Below, in pieces: positions 61,035 through 64,000 of a stretch of DNA of 64,000 nt (position 1 is its first letter; the number at the start of each line of letters is the position of its first letter). The DNA is from Hydrurus foetidus (Eukaryota), in contig UYFQ01000124.1 of NCBI GenBank assembly GCA_900617105.1, positions 1 to 64,000 on the forward strand, given 5' to 3'. The notes beneath the pieces are model-generated. The model had not been told where the DNA came from and did not search any database. It saw only the letters and a list, made by a program, of their open reading frames with translations. Position numbers and translations under genes: made by a program.

Positions 61035-63826
61035 ATGCGACAATTGTTGCTAATCTTCGTTTTAATGCTCTGGCAATCTCTTGTGCTTTCGATCTCTCGA
61101 AGCCTTATTGGAGGGAAACATGCGATCTTACGATCCACCACCATGACGGCATCAAACTTAATACAGCTCAGACATCGAGGGTTCAAAAGATTCAAAGCTG
61201 ATCGCTTGAACGCATCTCCAAAGTCCAAAGCTGGCTCGGGGAATACCATGGATTCGAAACCATTGAAGAAGCCCGATAATTTAACTGTAGATATGAATTC
61301 TGATAGAATTAGTAGCAAAACTTTAGTAAATCCTGTCAATGGATCGGCGACAGCACAACCAAGAAGCTCACAAAAGCAGAATCTATCTGGCAGAAGGGTT
61401 CCAGATTCAGAGAGGCTTCGTCCGTATCATGACGGGACTGAGAAAAGACCAATGTCAACGGCTCCTCCTAAGGATATTTATGAAGAATTTACACTCGAAT
61501 TCAGGAAGGTCATTAGGAATAGAGAGTTTCTGTCAGCGGTGGCGCTGTATGCCCGAATGAAATCGATAGGATTTCATCCTCGTGAGAGTGTACTGACTGG
61601 GCTATTGAGTATATGTCAGAAGAAAGAGCATTTGGCAGACGCTAAGGAGCTATTTGCTGCATATTCTGCTTCCGGAATAGTTCCTAACGAATCAGCATAC
61701 ATGTCCCTTATACGTTGCTACTCTGACAATGGAGAAATCAATGTGGCTTTGGAACTAATAGAGCAAATGTTCATCATGAATCTTGAGCCTAAATTACGTA
61801 CGTACCACCCAGTACTTGAAGCTGTTTGTTTGAAGAATGACTTTCAAGGGGCGATGGATATAATCAAACAAATGAAATCCAGTAAAGTGATTCCTCGATC
61901 AGAACAACTCACATTGCTTCTTGAAGTTGGTGCGTCATCAGGAGCTATTAATGTAGAGGCGACAAGAAATCAAATAGATGAAATGATTTTTACAGCCAGC
62001 CACGATTTGTTAGGAATGGAAACGTCAGAAATGAGAAGGATTGTAGGATCGTTCTGCAAATTGACTCCCCAGGGGGTGCTAGATGAAGGAATATTAGTCG
62101 AGACCAGAGAGGATTTGCCCGGAGAGATATTGGAAATTACAGAGAAAGATAATCTATCGCTTGTAACCTCTATGAATGAAACGTTTCACAATGTTCCGAC
62201 AGTTCTGAAGGACATGATCGCATTGCCACCTGTAATCGGAAATACCATTCCGATCGGATTTGACACAGACTATCTATCAAGCCCAGGTGCATTTCCGCTA
62301 ATGTATTTTGATTTTATATTCATTTTTATTTTTATGAGCATTGTGAATATTTGAAATTTTGTTAATATTTTTTCTCACTTTCTCCTTTTCTGCTATGACC
62401 ACTTTTCCGACTTTTCCTTCTGTCATCGTTACCTCTATACTTCAACTTAAGTGACGGTCGGTCAGAAATTGCAGTACACCCAGCGTATTAATGTCCCCCC
62501 TGCTTCACTTCATTTCAAGAGAACTCTAGTAGAACTTTGAATTTGTTGAACTATCGTTTTCATTTTCATTGTTTTTTTCATTTTTTATTTCATGTTTATT
62601 TTGCATTCTAAATCTCTCCTCTTCACAATTGTTATATGTCTAGAATATGAGCCTGATGTATACACAATAGCATCAGAAAGCGAACTACTTCAAGGAGCGC
62701 AGTCAGCCAATATTAGAAACAAGCGAGCTAGAATGGTTGACATATCGAAACAAACCAGCATCTGTCCTAATTGCGGTGTAGAGCTAATTCCCTTGGTATT
62801 GGATGAAGAAGAAAGAAAAAGAGTTAGACACGGATTAATGCGAATAGCTGCTAGTTCATCAATGACTCAACTCAAAAACATTCAAGTACGTCAGCGACAT
62901 TTCTGTGCCAGATTATCGAATTGATTTCATGATGTGTTCGTGTTTTACCCTCGAAGTTTATAATTTTCTTGCACAGATGTTAGTGCATTGTCTTGTACTG
63001 TAGTGTAGTGTAGTGTAGTGTAGTGTAGTGTAGTGTAGTGTAGTGTAGTGTAGTGTAGTGTAGTGTATTGTACTGTATTGTATTGTATTGTATTGTATTG
63101 TACTGTACTGTACTATACTGTACTATTCAATTTAATAAAATTCTGTTCTACTCTATCACACTCAATGTCATCCACGGCGTCGCTCTTATAGCTCACTCTG
63201 AACTATCGTGTCTTCATCTTTTTCAACTTCTTGTACATCTCCTAACATTCTTACTCCTTATTTTAGGCCTTTGGGGAGTGGCTAAAATTACAATCAGAAT
63301 TTAAGTATGTTATTGACGGTGCAAACGTTGCGTATCATTATCAAAACTTCGAATCAGGAAGATTCTCTTATCGTCAAATAGAGTTAGTGGTTGACAAAAT
63401 GTTGGCAAGAGGGGATGGAAATGTTCTTGTTCTGTTACCGTATTCTTATGCACAGAAAGTCGTACCAAATAGTTCAAAGCATAAAGGAAAGAAATCAATC
63501 AGTTATGCATCAGTAGCTGATCAGGTAAGATAAACTGTCATAACAACTTGAACGTACGTAATCGATTTTTTTGCTCTGCCTTGCATATCGGATACTGCAT
63601 TTTATTTACATAAAAATACTACACCAATTTCTTTAAAATTTTTCAATGCTACACAATCTTTCCTTATACTCCACCTTCCTTTTTATTTTTATTAATATTA
63701 TTTCAGCGTATTCTTCAACGATTAGAAGAAGAAAGAATGTTGTATTTGGTTCCTCCTGGGGCTGACGATGACTGGTACTGGATCTACACTACCGTAATGG
63801 AGAACAGGACAGACACGGCTTTTGTG
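61035..63826 (+). CDS. PRORP: Protein-only RNase P (PPR repeats, zinc site, NYN nuclease); incomplete, continues beyond the window
   Basis: PPR motifs (PNESAYMSLIRCY, PKLRTYHPVL), CPNCG zinc ligands, and NYN motifs YVIDGANVAY (exon from 63267) and VPPGADDDWYW (exon 63707-63826). Hydrophobic N-terminal leader. Confidence 0.93.
62998..63125. repeat. (TAGTG)n-(TATTG)n pentanucleotide array, in a PRORP intron
   Basis: Read directly from the sequence. Confidence 0.95.
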
Positions 63827-64000
63827 GTAAGATACGGTTAAATTTTAGTGGGTGTGAGTACGATGGGATGTGTTGTAGTGTGGTGTGGTGTGATGCGATG
63901 TGACATGATATGATGCGATGTGATGCGATGTGTTATAATGTTATGGTACGTGATATGATATGATGTAATTCGTATGCAAAAATGCAGAGTATATGGTACA

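Overview
Eukaryotic nuclear DNA with GT-AG introns that are often filled with microsatellites. The gene and transposon content suggests a stramenopile protist, possibly an ochrophyte (inference). The window holds the 3' part of one Ty1/copia retrotransposon (1-3337) and a complete, very young copia element on the minus strand (11096-16721; near-identical LTRs, ACCCA target-site duplication). Nine spliced genes follow or interleave: a stand-alone MHYT membrane sensor, ALG10 glucosyltransferase, an ADCY10-like soluble adenylyl cyclase, an a-a'-D protein disulfide isomerase, a ~17 kb low-complexity gene with Sfi1-like Trp repeats and several frame breaks, a TatD-like/Yvh1-type zinc-domain fusion, a 2-Cys peroxiredoxin, WASH1, and a protein-only RNase P (PRORP) that runs off the right end. 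Three families of small hairpin/MITE-like elements are also present. The strongest leads are: (1) the intact copia element has no recognisable tRNA primer-binding site, but the 10 nt next to its 5' LTR are exactly complementary to a site inside the LTR, the geometry of Tf1-type self-priming; (2) an unidentified, extensively base-paired ~340-nt RNA candidate at 54490-54827; (3) the TatD/Yvh1-zinc-domain fusion with a degenerate nuclease site; (4) a soluble adenylyl cyclase ending in a CaaX box. Everything was read by eye; no database searches or folding programs were run.
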